A stretch of 64,000 bases of DNA from Candidatus Poribacteria bacterium (GCA_958295945.1 OY282386.1:2906204-2970203); one strand, 5' to 3'. Shown: positions 1 through 8,945, numbered from the stretch's first letter. A program made the numbers and translations. Notes: a model not told the origin generated them from the sequence alone.

Positions 1-992
1 ATATTTGTCCATAATGGCAGATAAGGGACTTGCCATCTGAACTGAAAGAGATATATTTAATGTACTCAGGCGATTCAACTGTAAAGGTGTCATAGATTTC
101 ATTTGTTGTTATATCCCAGATATAGATTCTATTATCTTCGTCATGGCATGCAAGTAAGTTTGTAATCGGCGAGAAGATAACATCTGACATCTCAGATTCT
201 ATCGGATATGATACTATCGGTGTATTATTACCCAGTTCCCACAGACGGACACTATTTTCATCACCAGAGGTGACAAAGTTTTTTCCATCTGAGGACATAA
301 CAACAGAGGTATACCGTTCACCGAAACTATCAGAATCATGTTTCCCTTTTTGTTTTGGTTTGAAAATCTCTGGAGGTTTATTTGGGAATGTTATATCATA
401 ACTTAAAACTCCAAAATGGTATGAGTTTGCAAATAAAGTCCTTACATCTAATGAAAACTGAAGAGAATTTGGCCACACTCCTGACGAATGTTCCAGACTA
501 ACGGGTCGGTTTTCTCCTAATTTCCAATAGTGGAAATTATATTCACTCTCAAAAGCAAGGTGGACATCACTTGAAAAGTCGGAATTATAGAAACCAGTCT
601 CATTTGGGTGTTTATAAAGTGTTTCACCGTTTTCTAAATCATTCACTGAAGCAGTATCATCCTTGAAGTGATAAAAAGTGGAGAATAACCTATTTTCTGG
701 TGTATAACTTAATGATTGCCAACCCTCTTCATTTGGTTTCTGATATGTGTTGTGCAGCTGCCATTCGTATTGGTCATTTGAGAATGTATTCGGAACGTTC
801 CAAACATGTGTCAAGCCTTTCCGATCGCATGCAGCAAGTTGCTTTCCGTCTTTCGAAAAGCATATTGTGCCAATATCTTCTATGCCGCCAAGTGTTGTGA
901 GATGTTTACCTGTTGCCATCTCAAACACAACTATTTTGTCTGATGACAACACCCATCCTTTCTGTTCAAGGACTGGATATCCATTCATATCA
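1..992 (-). pseudogene. WD40/PD40 beta-propeller repeat protein, 3' portion of a gene split by an IS insertion (continues beyond window start)
   Basis: The minus-strand frame is open from ~988 to the window edge. It translates MNGYPVLEQKGWVLSSDKIVVFEMATGKHLTTLGGIEDIGTICFSKDGKQLAACDRKG...ISFSSDGKSLICHYGQI with repeated (F)SxDGK blade motifs. It is in frame with the 2079..2680 segment once 993..2078 is removed. Confidence 0.6.
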
Positions 993-2078
993 GGACTTAC
1001 GCATTTTTATAAAATGGTGTATACTATTCTATTATGACTACATGGACACAATCTAAAAAGAAGGAAAACCTATTTTCCGATTATTGTCAATTTTTGTTAT
1101 CAAGTTTTACGAACTGGACGCAAACGTACTTTGGTGATCAGTCTGAGAAATGGAGCCATGATCAACTCAATCGTTTTTTGAGAAATGAGAACATTCCATC
1201 AAGCGAACTCTGGCAGTCTGTCCAGGATGACATTGAGTTTGATGATCAAGGGCACATTGCTTTTGATGATGTTGTGCTACCTAAACCGCATGCGAAAAAG
1301 ATTGAAGCTCTCCGTCCTCAGTGGAGTGGTAGCGACAAAAAAGTCGTTGATGGCATCGGTATTGTAACGTGTCTCTATGTCAACCCAAAGACGCAAGAGT
1401 ATTGGATCATTGATTATCGCATTTACGACAAAGACCATGATGGAAAAACCAAAATAGACCATTTATTAGACATGCTGCAAAACGCGGTCTTCAAAAAACA
1501 ACTCCCGTTTCGGACGGTGCTAATGGATAGTTGGTATGCATCCATGCAAGTCATGAAAGCGATTGAAAAACTTTCTAAGATTTATTATGTGCCACTGAAA
1601 CGCAATCGTCTTGTAAACGATACGGACGGCGTTGAACCACACCAACAAGTCCAAAAGTTATCTTGGACACAGACAGAAACGCAACACGGAAAGCACGTGC
1701 ACATCAAGAAGTTTCCAAAAGGGCATCAAGTGAAGTTGTTCCGGTTAGTCTCCTCTAACGGACGCACGGAATATATTGCGACAAACGATTTATCTCAATC
1801 GGATGCGGATGCGACACGCCAAGAATGTCGCGTGCGTTGGAAGATTGAACAACTTCATCGTGAGATCAAACAAGTCACCGGTATTGGTAAATGTCAATGC
1901 CGCAAGTTGCGTGCCCAAAGAAATCATATTGCTTGTTGTTTTCAAGTATGGGTCTGTTTGAAACGTGTTGCGCGCAAACATGGTAAAACAATTTATGAAC
2001 TAAAACAAAGTTTATTGGATGATTATATGCGATTTCAACTCTCTAATCCTTCAATAATTTTTAAAAATGCGTAAGTTC
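993..2078 (+). mobile_element. Insertion sequence (~1086 bp) with ~22-bp imperfect terminal inverted repeats and a single transposase gene
   Basis: Left end 993-1014 is ggacttacgcatttttataaaa. Right end 2058-2078 is tttttaaaaatgcgtaagttc, the reverse complement of the left end with 2 mismatches. The element encloses one DDE transposase ORF and interrupts a WD40 gene. Confidence 0.7.
1034..2074 (+). CDS. DDE transposase, IS4/IS5 superfamily (346 aa)
   Basis: 346-aa ORF with motifs LMDSWYAS and RVRWKIEQLHREIKQ. These resemble the R-W-x-I-E...K (Y-x2-R-x3-E-x6-K-like) signature of IS4/IS5-type transposases. The ORF is flanked by the inverted repeats above. Confidence 0.7.
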   Translation: MTTWTQSKKKENLFSDYCQFLLSSFTNWTQTYFGDQSEKWSHDQLNRFLRNENIPSSELWQSVQDDIEFDDQGHIAFDDVVLPKPHAKKIEALRPQWSGSDKKVVDGIGIVTCLYVNPKTQEYWIIDYRIYDKDHDGKTKIDHLLDMLQNAVFKKQLPFRTVLMDSWYASMQVMKAIEKLSKIYYVPLKRNRLVNDTDGVEPHQQVQKLSWTQTETQHGKHVHIKKFPKGHQVKLFRLVSSNGRTEYIATNDLSQSDADATRQECRVRWKIEQLHREIKQVTGIGKCQCRKLRAQRNHIACCFQVWVCLKRVARKHGKTIYELKQSLLDDYMRFQLSNPSIIFKNA

Positions 2079-2680
2079 TGCATATTAAACGGTTCGGGTG
2101 CTCCATCAGGAGATGTGAAAGCTAGTAGACGGTTGTCAGGTGAAAATGCAAGCGGATACGTGCCGACGTATTTTCCCATGCGTTTAGGCAAATCAGTTGT
2201 TCCTATTTCATGGTTATTTCTTGGTAGTTTCCAGACTTCTACACAGCAATAGAGTTTCTTTTCTGGATTTGAGTGTCTACTGTAGCCACCAACAGCGAGA
2301 TACTCACGATTAGGAGAAAAGACAATTTCAGTTGGTGGGATAGGTTCTTCGCGTGGGACTTCAATTATACATTCACCGGTAGATACCTCACATATTTTGA
2401 TAGGTCCACCGAAACTTGTTGCGATCCATGCACCGCATTGAGAAAATGCTACAGATGCAACTGTGTTTCCTTTCTCCCATAATGTTATGAGTTCACGTTT
2501 TTCCACATCATACCACCATAAACCGAGATAGGTTGCAATTGTTAGGAGTTTTCCATCGGGTGAGAATGCTGTATCTTGTATCCCTCCTCGTCCTATCCGT
2601 GTAATTGCACCTTCTGGTAAGTTCCATGTGCTTGGATCTGTGCTACCGTGATCAATCTGATAAGGAAAGTAATCTGACAT
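2079..2680 (-). pseudogene. WD40-repeat protein, 5' portion (start MSDYFPYQ...), truncated by the IS. The host ORF reads into the IS right end and stops at 2051.
   Basis: AAGGAG lies 9 nt upstream of the ATG at ~2680. The product contains WNLPEGAITRIGRGGIQDTAFSPDGKLL and further SPDG/SPN repeats. The ORF runs through the IS terminal repeat (..FNMQNLRIFKNY*). Confidence 0.55.
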
Positions 2681-2702
2681 AGTGAAAAACTCCTTTGTTG
2701 CT

Positions 2703-2918
2703 TTAATATCGTGCATTCACGATGGTATCTATATCCCATAGGATTACTGTGCCATCTGTGCCACCACTTGCAAGTGTTCTGCCATCAGGTGAAAACCTGA
2801 TTCTTCCAATACCACCTTTGCCTAAACGTGCTTTTGCTCCTTTTGGTAGAGACCACTGCGATATTTGATTTGTATTTTGCATAATTAAAATTTCGTTCTT
2901 GTATTGATGATTAGACAT
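2703..2918 (-). CDS. WD40-repeat fragment (71 aa), a partial paralog of the N-terminus of the adjacent WD40 gene; possibly a pseudogene remnant
   Basis: MSNHQ...WSLPKGAKARLGKGGIGRIRFSPDGRTLASGGTDGTVILWD parallels WNLPEGAITRIGRGGIQDTAFSPDGKLL in the downstream gene. It has only one blade. Confidence 0.35.
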   Translation of the reverse strand: MSNHQYKNEILIMQNTNQISQWSLPKGAKARLGKGGIGRIRFSPDGRTLASGGTDGTVILWDIDTIVNARY

Positions 2919-3398
2919 TCTTATGTGTTTGTGTTCACAGTGTGTGAAGAAACATTGTCTGGATTTAGTGCAAAATTTGATAAAACTATCCGGGTAGGCG
3001 CGGTTTATTAATTGAGATATTGTATCTACATGATTGGTAATAAGGGTGTGGATTTGTATTATAATTCATCGATTGGTAATACTTCACACGTAGGTTTGCG
3101 ATATATTTCGTCTAAGTTAGGAATAAAGTTTATCTTTGAATGTGTTAATGGATAGTAGTATAAAAGGCAAGGATGCCGAACAAAAACACGCCTAAATCGA
3201 TGATTGTCAATATTATACCTTCTCTATTGTTAGAATACAAGCAAATTTGAATAGTAGTTTTTACTTGAGTTTTTTGTTGTGTGTGATATACTACTGAAAA
3301 TCTTTTTGTTCCAATCCTTGAGTATGAAGCAGAGATTTTGTCTTGAACATAGTTTCAAACTTAGTTTATTGATTATCGCTAAATGAGAGGTATTAGAT

Positions 3399-4379
3399 AT
3401 GGTTAATTGTGCATTGCTTAGTGGTAGAGGAATGGGTATGATGCATGGTGGAAACTTCCATAACCATCCAGATGCGGAAGTTGTCGCAGTATGCGAAATG
3501 AATCCTGATCTGCTTGAAAAAGCGAAAGAACACTTCGGGGTTCCTGGTTACACATCCATTGAGGAGTTGTTAGCAAACTGTGATGCAGAACTTGTCCTGC
3601 TGATCGTTAACGAAACGCGTCGTATTCCACCATTAAGCGAACTGATTGCTGGTGGACGAAATGTATTTACAGAAAAACCGCTGTGTGGATTAGAAGGACA
3701 AGCACGAGTTCGTGAAGAGGATCTCAAGATTGCGGCACCTGCAATCAAAAGTTGGCGCGGATCAGATCTGAAATTTGGCATTGATTTTAATTATCGGTTT
3801 ATGCATCATTTCAGAAAACTGCACGATGATGTTGCTGACGGTGTGTTAGGTGAAATCAAAATGGTTCATGCACGCGCGCATTTCAATTGTTGGTCACATA
3901 TCATAGATTTGATTTTATGGACTATAGGTCGTCCAGATTGGGTGAGTGTCGTCGGTGATCCAAATGAGTCTGGTGGATGGGCACGATTGATTCATATCGG
4001 TTGGCCGAACGGTGTCATCGGTACACTAAGCGGTACAAATCTATGGGGTTATGATGATGATCCTCTTCGTATCAAAGTTCTTGGTGATAAGTCATACGCT
4101 GAGGCGAAAGGCTTAGATGGGAAATACTTACGCCGCAAAGCGGGTAACTCTGAAGTTGAGGAACGATGGGAAAACGAACAAGGTAATCCTGAAATGCCTG
4201 AATCCTTCAAGAGAATGGCAGATGGTGTTATAAAAGCGATGCAATCTGATAATGCTTTTCCTGCCGATGGGAATGCTGCATGGAATGAATTGCTATTTGA
4301 GGCTGCTGTTCATAGATCAGCCTTACAAGAAAATGCTCGTATTTCTCTTAATGATGTAGAAGAAGACGCATTTGCGTAA
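3399..4379 (+). CDS. Gfo/Idh/MocA family NAD(P)-dependent oxidoreductase
   Basis: GAGAGG RBS lies 8 nt upstream. The product has an N-terminal Rossmann-like GRGMGMMHGG...AVCEMNPD region, a TEKPL motif and the C-terminal alpha/beta domain typical of the family. Confidence 0.7.
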   Translation: MVNCALLSGRGMGMMHGGNFHNHPDAEVVAVCEMNPDLLEKAKEHFGVPGYTSIEELLANCDAELVLLIVNETRRIPPLSELIAGGRNVFTEKPLCGLEGQARVREEDLKIAAPAIKSWRGSDLKFGIDFNYRFMHHFRKLHDDVADGVLGEIKMVHARAHFNCWSHIIDLILWTIGRPDWVSVVGDPNESGGWARLIHIGWPNGVIGTLSGTNLWGYDDDPLRIKVLGDKSYAEAKGLDGKYLRRKAGNSEVEERWENEQGNPEMPESFKRMADGVIKAMQSDNAFPADGNAAWNELLFEAAVHRSALQENARISLNDVEEDAFA

Positions 4380-4689
4380 ATTTAGAATTGGGCGCGGTTT
4401 TGAACCGTGCTTTTAATTATAAATTGCGGTCACAAAGACTCCGCACTGCAATGATCTAAATGTCTTGTTTCCAATTTGATGTCTATGGTGTTGTTTCATG
4501 ACCACATCATCGGCATCAGTTTGTGTACATACATAATCGCGACTTCTTGTTGAAGGTATTTGTAACGTCTCCAACAAGAATCGGGGTTATAAACCCTCCA
4601 ACAAGATGAGTTAGTGACAATTGAATGGATATCCACTTAAGACAGGACTATTTATAGTGGAATGGACAATTAATAGGACACGTCTCAGA

Positions 4690-4713
4690 GGGCGAGGAAA
4701 CCTCGCCCCTACG
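4690..4713 (-). repeat. REP-like element copy 1: 8-bp GC-rich stem (gggcgagg/cctcgccc), AAA loop, then CTACG (GTAG head on the minus strand)
   Basis: Read directly from sequence. Copies 2 and 3 have the same architecture with compensatory stem substitutions. Confidence 0.55.
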
Positions 4714-4886
4714 GGACTTGTGGTACTTGCAAGTGCATTGAAATGTCTTCTTAATTCTAAACTGGACTATAAATAACCCTGCAATTAAAATGAATTCATT
4801 GAAAATTGTGATAGGATATGCTAAAATTGCATGCAGAAGATAAGAATTAACACAAAATTCTCGGATAAAACGGAGAAACAATCCAC

Positions 4887-7766
4887 ATGAAACGTTCTGT
4901 ATTTTTTATAATTGCGATTTGCTTCGGATTACTCGGTAATTTGATAGTTCAAGCACAGCAGACAACGCCTCTGGTAGGAACTGGCATACAACCAGAAATT
5001 AAACGAATGACTGCTAAACTGTCTGGAGAAGTAATCTGGAAAGGTTTTGACCTGTCTCATACTAACGTATCTGTGTATCGTGATGAAAAACTGAAAGACA
5101 TTTACACTAGTGGTGTATCAAAATTAGGCACTGGCACATTTACGCTCCGTGTGGAACCTGGACGGTACTATTTGGTCGCTTATGTGGATGTTGATGGTTC
5201 AGGGAAGTTTGATGAAGGTGATGGCTACGGTGTATTGGGTATAAAGAATTGGAGTGATGAGAATCAGACACATGTTGCCATCGAAGTGGGTACAAACACA
5301 GCAATAAAAGGAATACAGATACCGATAACAGCGAGACTTCAAGGCGTTGAAGAAACGCAGAAACTTGTACCTGCAGCTACATATAAACCGAGTAAATACC
5401 AACAATTCAAAACTGAACTCATTAAGGCAACATCTGGTCTACGCGGCACACTCAACTATTCGGGAGAAAGTGAAATTGCCGAAGAGCACAAGCTTGTTCT
5501 TGCCTATACAGATACATCATGGAAATATCGTGCTGGGATTGCTATTGTTAATGACAAGACAAACGAATGGGAACTCCGTTTGAAGCCTGGGAAATACTAT
5601 CTGATGGCGATTGTTGACAAAAATGGTAGCAACAAACTTGATGATGATGATATTTTCGGTTTTTATGGTCTTAAAGACATATACAAAAAAGGAGCATTTC
5701 CAGAACCTGTATTGGTTAAACCCAGTTCATTTGCTGAAGGTGTTGAAATACATCTAACTGCTACCTATAAAAAGGTAGACCTTACAGAAGCATCAGAAGT
5801 GACAGCGATCATATCAGGACGAGTTTTTCCAATACCACAAACAGCGACAGATGTCCGGATTGAAGTTTATGATAATTCTGCCTTTGTAAAACCCCTCGCG
5901 ACAACGGTTACCAATCCTGATGGCACATATCGTCTTCAACTTCCACCTGGAGAATACTACATCATTGCTAATCACGATGCTGATGGAGACGGTAGATATA
6001 GCAAAGGAGATAGGTTGGGTGGATTAGGAACTGAGTCAATCACTACAGAACAACCTGCTGCAGTCGCATTTGATGCAGGCGAAACAAACGATATCAATAT
6101 CCGATTAAGCGCACAGTATGATGCAGACGGTCAACTTGTTGCTAACAACAATCCGAATATAACACCTTCTGTCGTCGATTTGGGTGCGAATCCATCTCCA
6201 GGTGTTCCACAAGAAGTAAAAATGGGGAGTATTACAGGGAAAGTGACTTCGTTCTTTGCATCGCGAAATGATAAATCCAAGAATGACAACGGTTCATCAG
6301 ATGAGGAGATACCTGTTCCTGATGGTATTCTGAGTCTTTCTACGACACCTGATTTCAGTTCTCCTATGGTGGTTCCACTCATACTTGATGAAGATGGAAA
6401 CTACCTTGTTGATGTTGAATCCGGTAGATACTTTATCCTTGCTGTAGTAGACCAAAATAGGGATGGTGCATCAGGTTTGTCTGATGGTATTGGTGTTTAT
6501 GGGACACATCAACCGGTACGTGGCACACCTGCTCCCGTTTCTGTTTTAGAGGGTAAGACCACGCCACATGTTGATATTGATATTATGGCATCTTATGTGG
6601 ATGAGGCAGGAACGATGTCTGAAATTGAAGATGGTGGACGGTGGAATATTGCGCGTATGCATGGTGAACCGGAGGATATATTCAAATATACACAACAGGG
6701 CAAACAGATTGAAGAGTGGATGTATTGGACAAAAGGTATTGGATTTAAATTTGTAGCGGAAGGTGCTGGCTGGAAATTAAATGATCAGGAAGAGTTTGAA
6801 CCAAACATACAGAATATAAGTAAAGAAACAAAAACACCTGATGGGGTAAAACAAGATGGTGCTAATGAAACAATAGTAAATAAGCCTGATAAAGTAGAAT
6901 TAAGTAAGTTTTCTTTGACTGCAGCATCTGTTTCAATCTTCTACAGTCATGATGGGGTATTATGGCGTATTGCCCCAACAACAGCAGAAGATTTAAAACT
7001 AAACGTTTTTCGTGATATGCCCGTGGATTCACGTGTAGCACCACTTGGAGCAGGTCATCGTCCCTCTGTATCTGTGAATGGAACGCTTGTCTACCATGAT
7101 TTTGATAACAATGTTATTCTTAGAGACATTAAAACTGGAAAAAGCACGGTTTATTTTGATGGACGTGCTCTCGCAGAAGATGTGAAGATTTCACCTGATG
7201 GGGAACATATAGCATTTTCACGGAACGAAGGGAACGATAGAAAGAGGATTGTCATTCAAAATATACGTAATGAGAATATATTCCTTGTCCCTTCAACAGC
7301 GAGAGAAATGACGCATCCTGCTTGGAGCATAGATGGTCAATTCCTTGCATATTCTACTGCTGGTTCAATTGAGAATCCTGCTGCAGATACAAATCGGAAC
7401 ATCTTTCTATTCAATCAAGGAACAAACAGTGTTGAACCAATTGTCATTTCCCCAGCAGATGATGCGGAACCCTCCTGGCATCCTACTGACAGAAATACAC
7501 TTGTGTTTTCCAGAGGCACTGATGGAAGCGTCCGTCAGATATGGGTGGTCAATTATTCGTCTACCGGTGAACGGACAGAACAACAGATAACTGAAATGGG
7601 TGGGAATCGTCCCGTATGGGTGCCACCGAATGGACGTTGGATTGTTTATGAAAACAATGGGCAACTCTGGACAGTGGACTATCAAAATCCAGGAAGTGAA
7701 TTTCCGCTGTTGAGTAATGGAAAAGTTGTGTTTGGGTATCAACCTGTTGCAGTTTCTGTTGAGTGA
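4887..7766 (+). CDS. Secreted 959-aa multidomain protein: signal peptide, four carboxypeptidase-regulatory-like/DUF2141-like beta-sandwich repeats, C-terminal TolB-like PD40 beta-propeller
   Basis: The N-terminus MKRSVFFIIAICFGLLGNLIVQAQQ is a signal peptide. The motif PG(R/K/E)YY(L/I)xA..D.(D/N)G(S/D)G(K/R).D.GD..G..G recurs four times, for example LPPGEYYIIANHDADGDGRYSKGD. The C-terminus carries SPDGEHIAFS..., PAWSIDGQFLAY... and PSWHPTDRNTLVFS... PD40-type blades. Confidence 0.6.
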   Translation: MKRSVFFIIAICFGLLGNLIVQAQQTTPLVGTGIQPEIKRMTAKLSGEVIWKGFDLSHTNVSVYRDEKLKDIYTSGVSKLGTGTFTLRVEPGRYYLVAYVDVDGSGKFDEGDGYGVLGIKNWSDENQTHVAIEVGTNTAIKGIQIPITARLQGVEETQKLVPAATYKPSKYQQFKTELIKATSGLRGTLNYSGESEIAEEHKLVLAYTDTSWKYRAGIAIVNDKTNEWELRLKPGKYYLMAIVDKNGSNKLDDDDIFGFYGLKDIYKKGAFPEPVLVKPSSFAEGVEIHLTATYKKVDLTEASEVTAIISGRVFPIPQTATDVRIEVYDNSAFVKPLATTVTNPDGTYRLQLPPGEYYIIANHDADGDGRYSKGDRLGGLGTESITTEQPAAVAFDAGETNDINIRLSAQYDADGQLVANNNPNITPSVVDLGANPSPGVPQEVKMGSITGKVTSFFASRNDKSKNDNGSSDEEIPVPDGILSLSTTPDFSSPMVVPLILDEDGNYLVDVESGRYFILAVVDQNRDGASGLSDGIGVYGTHQPVRGTPAPVSVLEGKTTPHVDIDIMASYVDEAGTMSEIEDGGRWNIARMHGEPEDIFKYTQQGKQIEEWMYWTKGIGFKFVAEGAGWKLNDQEEFEPNIQNISKETKTPDGVKQDGANETIVNKPDKVELSKFSLTAASVSIFYSHDGVLWRIAPTTAEDLKLNVFRDMPVDSRVAPLGAGHRPSVSVNGTLVYHDFDNNVILRDIKTGKSTVYFDGRALAEDVKISPDGEHIAFSRNEGNDRKRIVIQNIRNENIFLVPSTAREMTHPAWSIDGQFLAYSTAGSIENPAADTNRNIFLFNQGTNSVEPIVISPADDAEPSWHPTDRNTLVFSRGTDGSVRQIWVVNYSSTGERTEQQITEMGGNRPVWVPPNGRWIVYENNGQLWTVDYQNPGSEFPLLSNGKVVFGYQPVAVSVE

Positions 7767-7830
7767 TAAGTGTTTGTTGTATGGGATTGTTTTTACCTCA
7801 GATTCTAACTATTTTACCTATAACTCCTGA

Positions 7831-8301
7831 ATGAAAAGGACATACAATATGAGTAGAAACAGACGTAGAAAAATCATTATAGGACATTTACCTTCAGACA
7901 TCAACCAGTCAAGCAATGACATTTTATCTCAAAAGATATTTGAACAGATAGATGATCTACTCACTAATGAATACGACTGGGATGAAATTGGTTATGAGAA
8001 ACCACGTCCGGAAGATATTGATAAGGCAAAAAATGTTATGTCCAATTTTATTTCATCAATAAATTCGGCAGGATATTCATTGTTTTCATTAGAAACACCG
8101 TCTATTTCCAATGGTGAAAATGGTGGTGCAACTATAGAGTGGCGCGAAAATGGAAGGAGTCTATATTTTGACATCAACCATCAAAGTATAAAGTTTACGA
8201 AGGTGTGGACAGAAGGCAAGAATACAATAGTGAGAACTAAGAAACTTCACAAGAGTGATTATGTGAAAGTATGGGAATGGATATTAAATGAACGATCCTG
8301 A
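7831..8301 (+). CDS. Hypothetical protein (156 aa), first gene of an AT-rich three-ORF islet
   Basis: The ATG is preceded by a purine-rich stretch and the ORF overlaps the next ORF by 14 nt (ATGAACGATCCTGA). No recognisable domain. Confidence 0.45.
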   Translation: MKRTYNMSRNRRRKIIIGHLPSDINQSSNDILSQKIFEQIDDLLTNEYDWDEIGYEKPRPEDIDKAKNVMSNFISSINSAGYSLFSLETPSISNGENGGATIEWRENGRSLYFDINHQSIKFTKVWTEGKNTIVRTKKLHKSDYVKVWEWILNERS

Positions 8302-8515
8302 ACATATAGAAAATGATGAAGAACTCTATAGAAGGTTTGAATCAAATGAGTTTAACACTAAAACTCCTCCTCAATATATTGTAAAAGCATCTGGTGATAT
8401 CAAGTTTCAATCTGCAGCATTTCTCGGTGGAGAAAGACCGTCTGTAGATAGGTCAAAACTTAGGTTTAAGCCAGAAGAAACAAAAAAAATGACTCTGATG
8501 GTATTCTTAGTGTGA
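8288..8515 (+). CDS. Hypothetical protein (75 aa); probably the 5' part of a single gene continued in the -1 frame (8512..8724)
   Basis: ORF ends 23 nt after an A8 run (8482-8489). The -1 frame is open from 8470 onward and continues to 8724. Confidence 0.4.
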   Translation: MNDPEHIENDEELYRRFESNEFNTKTPPQYIVKASGDIKFQSAAFLGGERPSVDRSKLRFKPEETKKMTLMVFLV

Positions 8516-8724
8516 TTACTGAAGATGTTAGGTCTATATCTATACAAGACTTTTCTGTTGATGTAAAATATGAACCGATTAACGATAACAAAGCACATTC
8601 GGAGATTATCATAATTCCAAATCTTGACGGTATATCAAAGAGTAGGAAAAAAGGGGCACTCTCAGATCTCAGAAGAGGTTTAGCAGAAATTGCAGTGTGT
8701 GAAATTAAACCTAATCCGGTATGA
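8512..8724 (+). CDS. Hypothetical protein (70 aa, GTG start as given); probably the 3' part of the 8288 gene reached by a -1 shift at A_AAA_AAA
   Basis: It overlaps the 8288 ORF's stop codon by 4 nt and its frame is open back to 8470. The slippery heptamer lies at 8482-8488. Confidence 0.4.
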   Translation: MITEDVRSISIQDFSVDVKYEPINDNKAHSEIIIIPNLDGISKSRKKGALSDLRRGLAEIAVCEIKPNPV

Positions 8725-8945
8725 TAGTAATTGGACAAACTCAATTGAGAAACAACAAGGTAACATTCCATATACAAATTAGAATGTTACCTTTTTTATT
8801 GTCAAAAAAAAGAAAATACAATAAAATTATAGAAATAAAATGATGAATGTGTCAAAACTACTTATTACAATCGCAGCTTCAGTTCATGATGTCCTTATAC
8901 CAAATTAACGAGATTTTTCCTGTTTTCGATGCCGAGAACACGGGC

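Noticed and set aside
981-2090. Target-site duplication flanking the IS
   Set aside because: The flanks (..ttcatatca | tgcatatta..) share only a loose catat word and no clean direct repeat could be read. The TSD, and the exact IS ends to within a few bp, remain undetermined.
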